64,000 nt of DNA from a virus (IMGVR_UViG_3300033069_001022:26960-90959); one strand, 5' to 3'; shown: positions 1 through 8,648, counted from the stretch's first letter. The notes: generated by a model not told the origin, from the sequence alone. Program-made: numbers and translations.

Positions 1-300
1 GGGAATGCAGCTTAAAACCTTTGGCTTATATTTACTCAAAATATGGTTTACTGATTTTGCGTTAATATAATACTGTAACCTGTTAGCATCTGGCAAGTAC
101 TCGCTATCTAAATCACATTCGTCTATAATAGCTTCTGCAAGTTCTTCAAACAGAGCACTTATACTTTCCTCCACCTGCTCCGCACTCATTCCCTGGGGAT
201 GGGAGGCGTATTCTTCCATTGCTCGTAAAATTGCGGCATGAGGCGGATTTCTGTCGAATTTAGAAATGTGCTTATATAGTATTTCTTCTGCTGTCTTCAT
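1..300 (-). CDS. hypothetical protein, 5'-partial relative to window (ATG at 300, open to position 1)
   Basis: Manual translation MKTAEEILYKHISKFDRNPPHAAILRAMEEYASHPQGMSAEQVEE... has no stop before the window edge. Local GC is higher than the rest of the window. Confidence 0.45.
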   Translation of the reverse strand, partial: MKTAEEILYKHISKFDRNPPHAAILRAMEEYASHPQGMSAEQVEESISALFEELAEAIIDECDLDSEYLPDANRLQYYINAKSVNHILSKYKPKVLSCIP

Positions 301-301
301 T

Positions 302-317
302 GTATATGTTTTATGCC
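302..317 (-). promoter_or_regulatory. 16-nt element GTATATGTTTTATGCC immediately 5' of the start codon (copy 1 of 2)
   Basis: Identical 16-mer at 1385-1400, likewise 1-8 nt upstream of a minus-strand ATG. Confidence 0.3.
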
Positions 318-321
318 CGGT

Positions 322-670
322 TTAAAACGGGAGGTTTTTGTTTTCAGGTTTCTTAAATAGTAGGTTATTATACGCACTTACTTTACGAGGTGCCCTGTTA
401 TAGAACATACGCAAGTGTAAATTTTTCCACTCAAATACCTTGTCTTTCATTCTGCGAAATGCGTTGTCAGTCCAACCAAGGCAAATCACTTTCCTTTGGT
501 ATGTGTCCTTCGTAATTTGGTTTTGAAGCCTTACCCCATTTGTCATATCGCCACGGTGGGTCAACAACAATAGTAGAATATCGTTTCAAATCCGCAACGG
601 CATATAACAAGGTATTGCCAAAATGCGGGGTTTCGTTTTCCAATTTATCTTTTGTGCTATTATCAATCAT
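322..670 (-). pseudogene. DNA N6-adenine methyltransferase (MT-A70/DPPW type) split over two frames
   Basis: ORF 467..670 contains IVVDPPWRYDKWG (DPPW catalytic motif). ORF 322..570 in another frame continues with ICLGWTDNAFRRMKDKVFEWKN (LflW-like motif). Removing one nt near ccttgg (about 468-475) fuses them as ...KESDLPGWTDNAF... Confidence 0.45.
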
Positions 671-842
671 TTGTCTTTCAATTAAAGTTTAGCGCTGTTA
701 TGCCCGCACTTCGGCAATACCCAAAACGTTATTTTAAGACACGTTGCCCTTTAGCAACTAATGCTTTTTTAATATCTTCCCCTACTTCATCAATTGACAG
801 AGGAATACTTGTATAAATGTCTTTTCCTGTTTTTGTAACGTT

Positions 843-1087
843 TCACAAAATCATAGTAGAGCCGCTTGCAGAATAATAAGTAAATGCACCTTTAGGGGGG
901 GGGGAATCCCACATATTAACAACGCTTTCTTGCAAATAGCTTTCACCAATATTGACATCTTTGCCATATCCTACACCAATTATTTCAATTTTGTTTGACA
1001 TATTAAAAACAACGCCCAACATCGGTTTTGCAATAGCAGGGCTGACGTTTAAACCATCAAGTTCAGCAGGTTTACGTTTAAATTTCA
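843..1087 (-). CDS. hypothetical protein; probable start at the internal MKFKRKPAELDG (the track ORF extends to 1199)
   Basis: ORF track. ATG at 1087 overlaps the stop of the upstream gene. A C10 homopolymer (G10 on the plus strand, 895-904) encodes PPP near the C-terminus. Confidence 0.4.
895..904. repeat. G10/C10 homopolymeric tract inside a CDS
   Basis: tttaGGGGGGGGGGaatccc. A 10-nt G run in a roughly 30% GC genome. Confidence 0.9.
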
Positions 1088-1098
1088 TCGTTTTTAAT

Positions 1099-1377
1099 TT
1101 ATAAATAATACGGGTTGTTAATCGCTGTATAAGCAATGCCACATTTAGAACAGGTGCATTCACCCATTGTGGTTCCCTTGCCTTTGTGCCATTCAACAAC
1201 AGATTCTCGTGTAGTTAATGTATCAAGTATTTTACGGTATTCATTTTCTTTAAAAGTTTCTCCATTGCCAAATGTGATTAAGCCATCTCCATTCCATTGA
1301 TGTTCACAGCCGCTATCATCTTTACAACCTGTAATAAAGGCTGTTCCTCCATCGGGTAATTGAATAAATTTTTCCAT
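1099..1377 (-). CDS. hypothetical Cys-rich (zinc-ribbon-like) protein
   Basis: ORF track. C..C ... CTCSKC motifs. Confidence 0.5.
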   Translation of the reverse strand: MEKFIQLPDGGTAFITGCKDDSGCEHQWNGDGLITFGNGETFKENEYRKILDTLTTRESVVEWHKGKGTTMGECTCSKCGIAYTAINNPYYL

Positions 1378-1384
1378 GACTTGT

Positions 1385-1400
1385 ATATGTTTTATGCCAG
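1385..1400 (-). promoter_or_regulatory. 16-nt element GTATATGTTTTATGCC 5' of the start codon (copy 2 of 2)
   Basis: Identical to 302-317. Confidence 0.3.
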
Positions 1401-1432
1401 TAGGCGGTTATAAATCACTCTACCATAATACA

Positions 1433-1447
1433 GGTGAGGGATGGGGG
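1433..1447 (-). promoter_or_regulatory. G-rich intergenic motif GGTGAGGGATGGGGG (C-rich on the coding strand), family copy
   Basis: Sits directly after the stop of 1448..1651 and about 56 nt upstream of the ATG at 1377. Related motifs at 2033-2045, 2617-2633 and 20948-20966. Confidence 0.35.
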
Positions 1448-1651
1448 TTACCGCTTGTTTTGCTTATTTTCCCAATGCTTAATAAAAGTTTGCTTCATTA
1501 ATTCACCGTATTCAATAGCTTCATCCTTTGTAAATTTTTCAATCGGGAAACCCTCATCAACTTTAAATCCATCTTGCCTCAACCCTGCTTCTTTTTTAAA
1601 CCGGACAAAGTTGGGCATCGTTGGCGGCAGGACTTCAAATTTCTTTTCCAT
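1448..1651 (-). CDS. hypothetical protein (67 aa)
   Basis: ORF track. The antisense ORF 1434..1670 is judged spurious. Confidence 0.45.
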   Translation of the reverse strand: MEKKFEVLPPTMPNFVRFKKEAGLRQDGFKVDEGFPIEKFTKDEAIEYGELMKQTFIKHWENKQNKR

Positions 1652-1678
1652 AATCTTATATCTGTTTTAGTATCACCT

Positions 1679-1999
1679 TTAGGGGTGAGTGGTTAAAATT
1701 CCGGCTTTAATAGCGCATCCAAAATCATGACAAGCATCATGCCCATCACAATCAGAACAAGGTTGCCAATTATCTTCTTCGTCATCTTCCGCACTCGGTA
1801 AATTTTGTAATTCAATGCTTTCTTTTTCTTGGTTTTCATAATACCTCATTCTATTGTCTGATAATTCCATTTCTTCAAAAGGAGCAATGTGTTTACAGCC
1901 AGCACATAGATAATGTCCGTCTGTTTGGCAATCTCCGCAATCGTGTTCCCAGCGTTTCATTTCAAAACAATCGCAATCTGTTCTTTTTTCGATACTCAT
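1679..1999 (-). CDS. hypothetical Cys/His-rich acidic protein (metal-binding?)
   Basis: ORF track. CDC, CGDC, CAGC, CSDCDGHDACHDFGC motifs. Confidence 0.5.
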   Translation of the reverse strand: MSIEKRTDCDCFEMKRWEHDCGDCQTDGHYLCAGCKHIAPFEEMELSDNRMRYYENQEKESIELQNLPSAEDDEEDNWQPCSDCDGHDACHDFGCAIKAGILTTHP

Positions 2000-2032
2000 A
2001 CTACTTTCTTTTATTTAACCTCCTTATTACAG

Positions 2033-2045
2033 GAGGATGGGTGAT
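2033..2045 (-). promoter_or_regulatory. G-rich intergenic motif GGAGGATGGGTGA, family copy
   Basis: Between the stop at 2053 and the ATG at 1999. Confidence 0.3.
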
Positions 2046-2052
2046 TAAATGG

Positions 2053-2229
2053 TTATCCGCCACAAGCCTCATCAACAGCATCACTTAAATCTTCACCTGC
2101 TGATGTTAATAAGTCTTTTGTGTTGTCTGGTTCATCACCTTTTACAATTGCTACTGCATCTGCAACAATAGCAACAGGCGTTAATGCAGCCTTAACAGTT
2201 GCGCTTATAATGTTTGAAAAGAATCCCAT
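2053..2229 (-). CDS. small hypothetical protein (58 aa, below the track cutoff)
   Basis: Manual translation MGFFSNIISATVKAALTPVAIVADAVAIVKGDEPDNTKDLLTSAGEDLSDAVDEACGG. GC-rich codon usage like its neighbours. Confidence 0.3.
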   Translation of the reverse strand: MGFFSNIISATVKAALTPVAIVADAVAIVKGDEPDNTKDLLTSAGEDLSDAVDEACGG

Positions 2230-2301
2230 TTTATTTATTTTTAATTGTTAGAAAATACTTTCTTTTCCACCACCACACACCAGTACGGTGTATCATGGTT
2301 G

Positions 2302-2595
2302 TTAATCTTTAGGTTGGTCATGGGGTTGGGGTTGGGGCTTATAAAATGATTTGTTGAAATAAAGTATTGCCAAGTACGGTGTATTTCCGAACCCACAAAT
2401 GCCGGTTTGTAAATTTTCGCCAAGCAAGCAGCACCATTGATTCCCGTCTTTTGATAACACAGGATTAAGTGTTGAAAACAAAGCCATTTCGTTTTTTAAT
2501 ATCAGTTCATTCATTATGGCTTCATGTTGCAAGTCAGAATAAATCCTTTCCTGCGATGCTTTATTGTAATAGTAATCTGATTCAGTCATGCTCAT
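2302..2595 (-). CDS. hypothetical protein (97 aa)
   Basis: ORF track. Confidence 0.45.
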   Translation of the reverse strand: MSMTESDYYYNKASQERIYSDLQHEAIMNELILKNEMALFSTLNPVLSKDGNQWCCLLGENLQTGICGFGNTPYLAILYFNKSFYKPQPQPHDQPKD

Positions 2596-2616
2596 ATCTC
2601 ATTTATTTAATCTCCC

Positions 2617-2633
2617 TGGGGAGTGGTGAGGGA
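2617..2633 (-). promoter_or_regulatory. G-rich intergenic motif GGGGAGTGGTGAGGGA, family copy
   Basis: Directly after the stop of 2635..3168 and 22 nt upstream of the ATG at 2595. Shares GGTGGTGAGGGA with 20948-20966. Confidence 0.35.
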
Positions 2634-2634
2634 A

Positions 2635-3168
2635 TTATTTTTTTGTACCAATTACCCGGTTAAGGGAATATGGTTTTGGATTAAAACGGTAAATCATCTC
2701 CGAATCTTGTATTATTACAGGCTCTAATGGCCTAACACCTGTTTCAATAACAATCAAATCGTACTCGTGCTTTTTAACACCTTTATTTGCATATTTCTTT
2801 TTCCAAAACAGTATATCTCGTAATTTGGATACGTTGTAATTAACGCCATTAAACTCTATGGTGTCAAATGATGGTTCCGGGCATACTCTTATATCAATTT
2901 TTACATAAGCCTCACCATTAGCATACACTTTTTTTATTACGTAATCGAAATCATTAGTGTCGCTTCTTTGTTCAATAGCGTCAATTGTGTTTTTACTTAA
3001 ATCGTATTCATCAATCGTAATATCTAGATCTGAATTAAATAAATCCCGTTTCAAATCAATTCCCCTTATCATCAATCCAATACTCCCACCTACATGTGAT
3101 GTTGGGTAGTTATCCTGAAACTCTTTCAGTGTTTTTAGTTTTAGCGATTCATAATATTTTTTTTCCAT
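2635..3168 (-). CDS. hypothetical protein (177 aa)
   Basis: ORF track. Confidence 0.5.
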   Translation of the reverse strand: MEKKYYESLKLKTLKEFQDNYPTSHVGGSIGLMIRGIDLKRDLFNSDLDITIDEYDLSKNTIDAIEQRSDTNDFDYVIKKVYANGEAYVKIDIRVCPEPSFDTIEFNGVNYNVSKLRDILFWKKKYANKGVKKHEYDLIVIETGVRPLEPVIIQDSEMIYRFNPKPYSLNRVIGTKK

Positions 3169-3217
3169 ACATTTTTAATTTTAACAGATTGCATCCGACA
3201 ATCTGGGTTAAGGAATT

Positions 3218-3466
3218 TCATTGTTTATAATTTTCGATTATTGCCTGCAGTTCAACCCGGCTCCACTTCTTTACGCCGCCCGGATTGTTTTCTAATAACA
3301 TTACTTTTTGTTCCTCATCAGAAATACTATCAAAATACTCATTCAAAATATTAAAACCCTTTTTGTATTTAGATAACTCATCTTTAAGTTTCTTAATTTC
3401 TTTATTTTGACGTTCAATAATATCTGCATTATCTCTATCGTCTGACCAATTACTTATTGTCATCAT
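3218..3466 (-). CDS. hypothetical protein (82 aa)
   Basis: ORF track. First of a chain of tightly overlapping leftward genes. Confidence 0.5.
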   Translation of the reverse strand: MMTISNWSDDRDNADIIERQNKEIKKLKDELSKYKKGFNILNEYFDSISDEEQKVMLLENNPGGVKKWSRVELQAIIENYKQ

Positions 3467-3725
3467 TATATATTTTTAATATTTCCTTAAAAGCATCAAC
3501 TAAGAATTTATGACCATGTGGACCAGTGGTATTAGCAGCTTTTCTACTATATACTTTAATAAGAGCATCTAAATCTTCTTTTGTATCACAATAAGAAGCA
3601 AGTTCAGCCCCAATAGCCATACTGGATAATCCATTCATTATTTTACCTGGATTACTCACACACCATGCTGTATAGTCATTTTTGTATTCTGCTTTTTTCT
3701 GTAAAGCTATTTCTTTTATATTCAT
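3450..3725 (-). CDS. hypothetical protein (91 aa)
   Basis: ORF track; overlapping stop/start. Confidence 0.5.
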   Translation of the reverse strand: MNIKEIALQKKAEYKNDYTAWCVSNPGKIMNGLSSMAIGAELASYCDTKEDLDALIKVYSRKAANTTGPHGHKFLVDAFKEILKIYNDDNK

Positions 3726-4072
3726 TTCTTTTGTTTTAAGTATTGAGAGAACTGAAATAGTGCTTCAAATATGGCATCTTTCTTATTTTTTCCTTCATAT
3801 CCTATAATTTGATTATAAGGTTGAGAATTAGTATCAATTTGACAATATTCTTGACATATAGTTACTGGATAACCTTGTTTTTCCAAAAAATCTATTGCTT
3901 CAAACTGCCAATTAGCATCTGAATGAAAATTTAATCCAAAAGGTGGTATAATATTAACCATTCCTTCTTTATCAGCTTTAGTATCAGATTTTACAAATTC
4001 TCCTAACATACCTTTTTTCCACCCAAGCATTTCAGCTATCTCAATATTTTTTTCAATTGTTGTCATTTCCAA
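3722..4072 (-). CDS. hypothetical protein (116 aa)
   Basis: ORF track; ATGA-type overlap. Confidence 0.5.
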   Translation of the reverse strand: MEMTTIEKNIEIAEMLGWKKGMLGEFVKSDTKADKEGMVNIIPPFGLNFHSDANWQFEAIDFLEKQGYPVTICQEYCQIDTNSQPYNQIIGYEGKNKKDAIFEALFQFSQYLKQKK

Positions 4073-4281
4073 ATATATTTACCTTTAACAATATTGTTAA
4101 CTACCTTTGGTATATCTTCTATTCCTTCTTCTTTCCAATCTGTTAAAGTTGGTATCATCCCCACTTCAAAAGCTATTGGAAATGGTTTTAATGATTGAAG
4201 GACTTGTTCCCAAGTAGGCATATCTTCTTTTTTAACAGAAGTACCTACATTCTGCACTGTACCTTCATAGAGTTCTTTCAT
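4063..4281 (-). CDS. hypothetical protein (72 aa)
   Basis: ORF track. Confidence 0.5.
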   Translation of the reverse strand: MKELYEGTVQNVGTSVKKEDMPTWEQVLQSLKPFPIAFEVGMIPTLTDWKEEGIEDIPKVVNNIVKGKYIWK

Positions 4282-4472
4282 TTTTCTGTAAGTTTTTCAA
4301 GAGTATCAATTTGGTCGTTAACTCTCACTATTTTGGAAGTAACTTCTTCTATATAAGCCTTGAATTCTTTATCAGCTACTAAATGTATATCACAACTAAC
4401 CATTAATCTAGACATCCACATTTTCTTATCCTCTTTTAACTTTTTAAGTAAAAGGTCATATTTCTTTTTCAT
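4278..4472 (-). CDS. hypothetical protein (64 aa)
   Basis: ORF track. Confidence 0.45.
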   Translation of the reverse strand: MKKKYDLLLKKLKEDKKMWMSRLMVSCDIHLVADKEFKAYIEEVTSKIVRVNDQIDTLEKLTEK

Positions 4473-4475
4473 AAT

Positions 4476-4709
4476 TTAATATATTTCAGGTTCTGAAAAT
4501 CTTTGCCCCTCTATCCATTTCCCATTAATTTGTATAACTTCAACCCAATTATTACTATTCAATTCTCGTAGTATATTTTCTACAGAATAACCATTTACTC
4601 TTGATAGACCTCTGGTATCTTCACAATTAGGGTCTATTATGTATATAGCAGTACCCTGCTTACCTACTCTAAAAGTAACTCCATTTATATTATCTTTAGT
4701 ATATCTCAT
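4476..4709 (-). CDS. hypothetical protein (77 aa)
   Basis: ORF track. Confidence 0.5.
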   Translation of the reverse strand: MRYTKDNINGVTFRVGKQGTAIYIIDPNCEDTRGLSRVNGYSVENILRELNSNNWVEVIQINGKWIEGQRFSEPEIY

Positions 4710-5314
4710 ATATCTACAGCATTTCCAACCTGTTCAGATTGTTTATTAACATTTTGTTTATAAATCTCAATAAACGGCTGAAAAGATTTTTCTCTTAAGT
4801 ATCTCTCTGAATTAGGGATAAAACTTAACTGATTTTTACCTTCTTTAAAAGATAAATCTTTTGCCATTTGTATATGATACTCTGTTGCATTAATTATATC
4901 ATCAGCAGTAAAACCTTCATTGATATACTTATTAAATAACTGTCTGCACTCAGTCTTCTTTATTCTCTTACTCTGTGTACCTTTAAAAGTCTTGTTTTTA
5001 TACAGAAACATATTTGATGCAGGATAAGTCACCCACCATTTCTCAAAATCATTGGTCTTTAATTTCTTAACAATTTCTTTGGGATTCTCATCGTTTTCTA
5101 TATAAGATAATAATTCATCTCCCGACATAGTAACTTGATTATCTTCTGTTACAAGCTGTTTCCTCAATAACATCTGATTAATAGCTCCAATTTTAGGAAG
5201 AAGAATAGCATCTGTTATATCTACTTTATCTTTAATAAGTTTTAACAAGTATAATATATCCAATGAAAATCCTGCATTAAGTACTTTTATGTATTTTTCT
5301 AATGTTATATTCAT
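4706..5314 (-). CDS. hypothetical protein (202 aa)
   Basis: ORF track. Confidence 0.55.
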   Translation of the reverse strand: MNITLEKYIKVLNAGFSLDILYLLKLIKDKVDITDAILLPKIGAINQMLLRKQLVTEDNQVTMSGDELLSYIENDENPKEIVKKLKTNDFEKWWVTYPASNMFLYKNKTFKGTQSKRIKKTECRQLFNKYINEGFTADDIINATEYHIQMAKDLSFKEGKNQLSFIPNSERYLREKSFQPFIEIYKQNVNKQSEQVGNAVDI

Positions 5315-5622
5315 TTACAGGTTTTTAGTATTTTTTTCATTTTATCAACTCTAAATTGTAAGCAATCAATAATTTCAGCTTTACTAGTTACCTCATTGGG
5401 ATAAGTATGCCAATAGAAATTATCTGTTTTTTCTCTATTTACCCATGCTTTATTATATATGCTTACATTAAAATTGGCATCAGTCACAGTACATATTCCC
5501 ATTCCACAATTATGATTATCAACAATTCTAAGTATCTCTCTATAGTCTTTAACAGGTTTTATTTCACGTAAAACTAAGTTATATTTTCTAATTAGTTTTG
5601 TTAAGATTTCTTTCTTTGTCAT
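5311..5622 (-). CDS. hypothetical protein; paralog of 17656..18033 (shared C-terminal F/YRVDKMKxxL)
   Basis: ORF track. C-terminus IIDCLQFRVDKMKKILK compares with AIEALQYRVDKMKQLLEKY. Confidence 0.5.
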   Translation of the reverse strand: MTKKEILTKLIRKYNLVLREIKPVKDYREILRIVDNHNCGMGICTVTDANFNVSIYNKAWVNREKTDNFYWHTYPNEVTSKAEIIDCLQFRVDKMKKILKTCK

Positions 5623-5770
5623 AAATTAAACAATTTTATAAATTTCCTTTTATAACCACTATTATTGAACCATAAGAGTACTTCTTTTTCAGTAGTAATG
5701 TCTATATTTGGTTCAAATACAATAATGGTAGCAACTATAATAGCTATTAATATAATTAAAACTAACATGG

Positions 5771-6019
5771 TTAAATATTTTTATTCCATAAAATACCAGA
5801 AAAGGTTTTTACAGTATGTTTTTGAATAAAATTAAAATAAGCTCTGGATGGTGTATAATTATACCCACCATGTAAATTCTTTCTGATACGTTTTTTAGCA
5901 TCTTGTAATTCACAATTATTGCGATTATTGGCAAGTTTTCTAAAAAACCCAGGTTCGCCTACTTTTGGTTTAGGAAAATCTTTGTAATTAGAGGATTGAT
6001 AAACAAGTTGATATTTCAT
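5771..6019 (-). CDS. hypothetical basic protein (82 aa)
   Basis: ORF track. Confidence 0.45.
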   Translation of the reverse strand: MKYQLVYQSSNYKDFPKPKVGEPGFFRKLANNRNNCELQDAKKRIRKNLHGGYNYTPSRAYFNFIQKHTVKTFSGILWNKNI

Positions 6020-6038
6020 GGCATTAAGTTTAAATTAT

Positions 6039-6350
6039 TTAATAAATTTCATAAGCTCTTATTTGAGTGGCTTTTACGGGTCCATTATTTCTTATATAGT
6101 CCTCTATTTCATAGGATGTGGCAAATCTGACTCTCATTTTACCATGACTCTCCTTATTCTCTTCCGTGTCACTTATTGTCCAACCATTTCCTGTAGAACT
6201 GTTTAAATCTTTCTCCACACGAAAACAATTCCAATCAAAATCATCTCTTAATCGGTATACATAATCTATTGGCATACAATTTGCCCAAAGATCTATCTCA
6301 TTTATGCAGTTACTTAACAGTACTACATAATCTCCTTTAATAAATTTCAT
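6039..6350 (-). CDS. YEIY-tail small-protein family member
   Basis: Starts MKFIK. Ends ...ATSYEIEDYIRNN...RAYEIY. The junction tATGAAATTTATTAA holds the upstream gene's YEIY-stop overlapping this gene's ATG. Confidence 0.55.
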   Translation of the reverse strand: MKFIKGDYVVLLSNCINEIDLWANCMPIDYVYRLRDDFDWNCFRVEKDLNSSTGNGWTISDTEENKESHGKMRVRFATSYEIEDYIRNNGPVKATQIRAYEIY

Positions 6351-6672
6351 ATTGATAAATTTGATAGTTTAAAAAATTATCCTCTTTAAAACGACTAAAT
6401 GGTATTATTTCAAAACCATTTTTACTATAATAGTGATCATGATTATTTTCTGTATGACATAATGCTGAGCTGTGTACATCGTAAATACCTACAATATAGT
6501 TATTTCTAAGTTTAACTGGAACGGATTGTGTGACTTTTGAACATTTTAGTGCTCCAAATCTTAATTCTTCTCTGGCTTCTCCCAACATATGAATAACTTC
6601 TAGTTGTTCTTCTACTGTATTACAGTTAACTGCTACCTTATTATTAGCCACATATTCCTTAGTATATTTCAT
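6337..6672 (-). CDS. YEIY-tail family member (start trimmed to MKYTKEY; the track ORF extends to 6840)
   Basis: Ends ...YQYEIY. Its ATG lies inside the YEIY-stop of 6659..6904. Confidence 0.5.
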   Translation of the reverse strand: MKYTKEYVANNKVAVNCNTVEEQLEVIHMLGEAREELRFGALKCSKVTQSVPVKLRNNYIVGIYDVHSSALCHTENNHDHYYSKNGFEIIPFSRFKEDNFLNYQIYQYEIY

Positions 6673-6904
6673 ATTCAATAATTTCTTTTTGGTTATAAAC
6701 TTTTTTAAATTCTTCAAAAGAGATTTCTTTATAACGTCTTTGTTTTCCAAGAAATATACACTTATTATTACATAAAGGATAATGATAATAATAATAGTCA
6801 CCCTCATAGGAAGAACAAATAGAAAAATAGTTTCTTCCAATTAATTTTGTAAAGAATTTATTCATTTCTGGAATATTTCCCACTCTTTTAATACAATATT
6901 TCAT
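6659..6904 (-). CDS. YEIY-tail family member
   Basis: MKYCIKR...EIIEYEIY. Confidence 0.55.
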   Translation of the reverse strand: MKYCIKRVGNIPEMNKFFTKLIGRNYFSICSSYEGDYYYYHYPLCNNKCIFLGKQRRYKEISFEEFKKVYNQKEIIEYEIY

Positions 6905-7154
6905 ACATATTTAGTTTAAAATCTTCAAAACTACTTTTTAATCCACCTTTTACAGCCTCAAAATACTGTATTTCATGATAATCAGCCAATCTGTGGTTTG
7001 TAAAAGAAAATAATGGTTGCTTATTACCAATTTTACCATTTTTTATCCTCATAGGTACGCCCTCTATTTCTTCCTCAGAATCTTTTATGTTATAGACTAT
7101 AAAATTATCAAAACTATATTCCACAAAATAGTAAGTATTTTTAATATATTTCAT
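6888..7154 (-). CDS. YEIY-tail family member (start trimmed to MKYIKNTYY)
   Basis: Ends ...NMYEILY. Its ATG overlaps the YEIY-stop of the next gene upstream. Confidence 0.5.
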   Translation of the reverse strand: MKYIKNTYYFVEYSFDNFIVYNIKDSEEEIEGVPMRIKNGKIGNKQPLFSFTNHRLADYHEIQYFEAVKGGLKSSFEDFKLNMYEILY

Positions 7155-7406
7155 AAACAATTGCTTTATTAAATAATTTAATTTCTTCTGGTGTAGCTTC
7201 TTCAAATGTCCAATCATTTTTAAAATGATGTAATCTATTTTTACTAGGTTTTCTATATCTACCTTCACTTTGATAAATACAATCACCATAAAAAATATCT
7301 GATTTAGAAGCTTCTTTAGTAAAATGAATTACCCATCCCCATCAAAAAATCCAGAACCAAACCAGCATCTATAGTATTTTCCTATAACTAAATCAGTATA
7401 TTTCAT
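7141..7406 (-). pseudogene. YEIY-tail family member interrupted by a frameshift in a G4 run (plus-strand cccc at 7337-7340)
   Basis: MKYTDLVIGKYYRCWFGSGFFDGDG-stop, then in another frame ...WVIHFTKEASKSDIFYGDCIYQSEGRYRKPSKNRLHHFKNDWTFEEATPEEIKLFNKAIVYEIY-stop. One extra G restores a single 88-aa family member. Confidence 0.45.
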
Positions 7407-7599
7407 AACTTGTAATATTTTGAGGTATAGAAATAATTTTCCAATTTCCTGTATTTAACCTTCTCAAAGTTTCATCTATTCTCCAACCAATTGCTTCTTT
7501 ATCAAAAAATATCTTATCTTTGACAATCTTCGTTATTGTATGATTAGTTGCTATTTTTATAATAGTACCAATTACAATGTCTGTATTAGTATATTCCAT
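7393..7599 (-). CDS. YEIY-tail family member
   Basis: MEYTNTDIVIGT...NITSYEIY. Its N-terminus resembles the frameshifted neighbour (TDLVIGKYY vs TDIVIGTII). Confidence 0.55.
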   Translation of the reverse strand: MEYTNTDIVIGTIIKIATNHTITKIVKDKIFFDKEAIGWRIDETLRRLNTGNWKIISIPQNITSYEIY

Positions 7600-7840
7600 A
7601 GATATCTTCTTTATTTAAATCTGCATAATTACAATAGAACTTATAATGTAATTTCATATACTTTATATCAGTACAATAAGTTCCATCAGCAGCAATAGTA
7701 GTTTCCGGGAGTTGAAAATGAGATTTACTTAAATAGAGTGGATTAAATTCTTTCAAAAAACTCGTAAAATCATCTATATTATTAAATACAATATAGTGTT
7801 TTTCATCACTTTTAAATTCTTCAATAGATTTCATAATCAA
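7586..7840 (-). CDS. YEIY-tail family member (divergent tail ...EDIYGIY)
   Basis: ORF track; junction overlap. Confidence 0.5.
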   Translation of the reverse strand: MIMKSIEEFKSDEKHYIVFNNIDDFTSFLKEFNPLYLSKSHFQLPETTIAADGTYCTDIKYMKLHYKFYCNYADLNKEDIYGIY

Positions 7841-8096
7841 TTATTTTAATTTTTTGATATTTTCCAAATTTTTCACAAGCTTCAAGCTGTAAAATTTCTT
7901 CTTGGGTAGGTAATCTTAGATTAGAAAATAATGCTGAACCAAAAGTACTATTTTTAGCGTATCTATCTGATTCTCTAGTAAACATTGCTAATCTTGTTAA
8001 ATATTTATCACCTCCGCCAGACCTAAATATATAAGGTTCTTTTCCTTCTCCATAAGTAGTATAAATATTTCCTGGTATTAAATCTTTTAATGTCAT
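7821..8096 (-). CDS. YEIY-tail family member (KDLIPGNIY N-terminal motif, PTQEEILQLEACEKFGKY, ...DYEIY)
   Basis: Shares N-terminal and C-terminal motifs with 13462..13713, 9886..10149 and 9260..9502. Confidence 0.55.
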   Translation of the reverse strand: MTLKDLIPGNIYTTYGEGKEPYIFRSGGGDKYLTRLAMFTRESDRYAKNSTFGSALFSNLRLPTQEEILQLEACEKFGKYQKIKIIDYEIY

Positions 8097-8112
8097 GAGT
8101 GTATTATTTTAA

Positions 8113-8150
8113 AAATAATAACCCCTTACAATTAAGTAAGGGGTTATTAT
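8113..8150 (-). terminator. rho-independent terminator-like hairpin
   Basis: Perfect inverted repeat AATAACCCCTTAC/GTAAGGGGTTATT, followed on the minus strand by a T-rich run. Sits just after the stop of 8163..8630. Confidence 0.55.
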
Positions 8151-8162
8151 CAATTAAAGAAA

Positions 8163-8630
8163 TTAAGAGAAAATATCCATGATATTCCTCATACTTGCCT
8201 GGAACTTCTGTTCTCCACTCAGGTTTTCTTCCAGAAGTTTCTTAGCTTCTTTCAGTTTAGCCAGTTTAGATTCAAAAGTGGTAGCCCTGTACTGTGCTAC
8301 AATTTCTTCCTGCCATACTTTCAAACCATGGCCACCTTCAGTAAAGCCTTTCAGCTTGGTTAAAGGATCAATTGCCTGAAATACAGATGAGAATTCATCA
8401 TAAGCTGCTGCTTTCCTGCTGATAAAAGCATAGGCATCCATTAAACGGGCAGGGTCCTTAATATCGGAAACTATCCCAAATGCTCCCAAAGGGGTGGTTA
8501 TCTTAGCAGCCCTCTCTTTGTCGCCTTCCAAATCTTTAATCTTCTGATTAACTTGAGCCAATAATTCAGGTACATTTTCTAATGTAAATTGTCCTGCTGT
8601 TGCTACTTCCATGTTTTTTACTTTTGACAT
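8163..8630 (-). CDS. hypothetical protein (155 aa), Ala/Lys-rich with higher GC
   Basis: ORF track. The antisense ORF 8179..8379 is judged spurious. Confidence 0.55.
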   Translation of the reverse strand: MSKVKNMEVATAGQFTLENVPELLAQVNQKIKDLEGDKERAAKITTPLGAFGIVSDIKDPARLMDAYAFISRKAAAYDEFSSVFQAIDPLTKLKGFTEGGHGLKVWQEEIVAQYRATTFESKLAKLKEAKKLLEENLSGEQKFQASMRNIMDIFS

Positions 8631-8648
8631 TTTGTTTTGTTTTAATTA

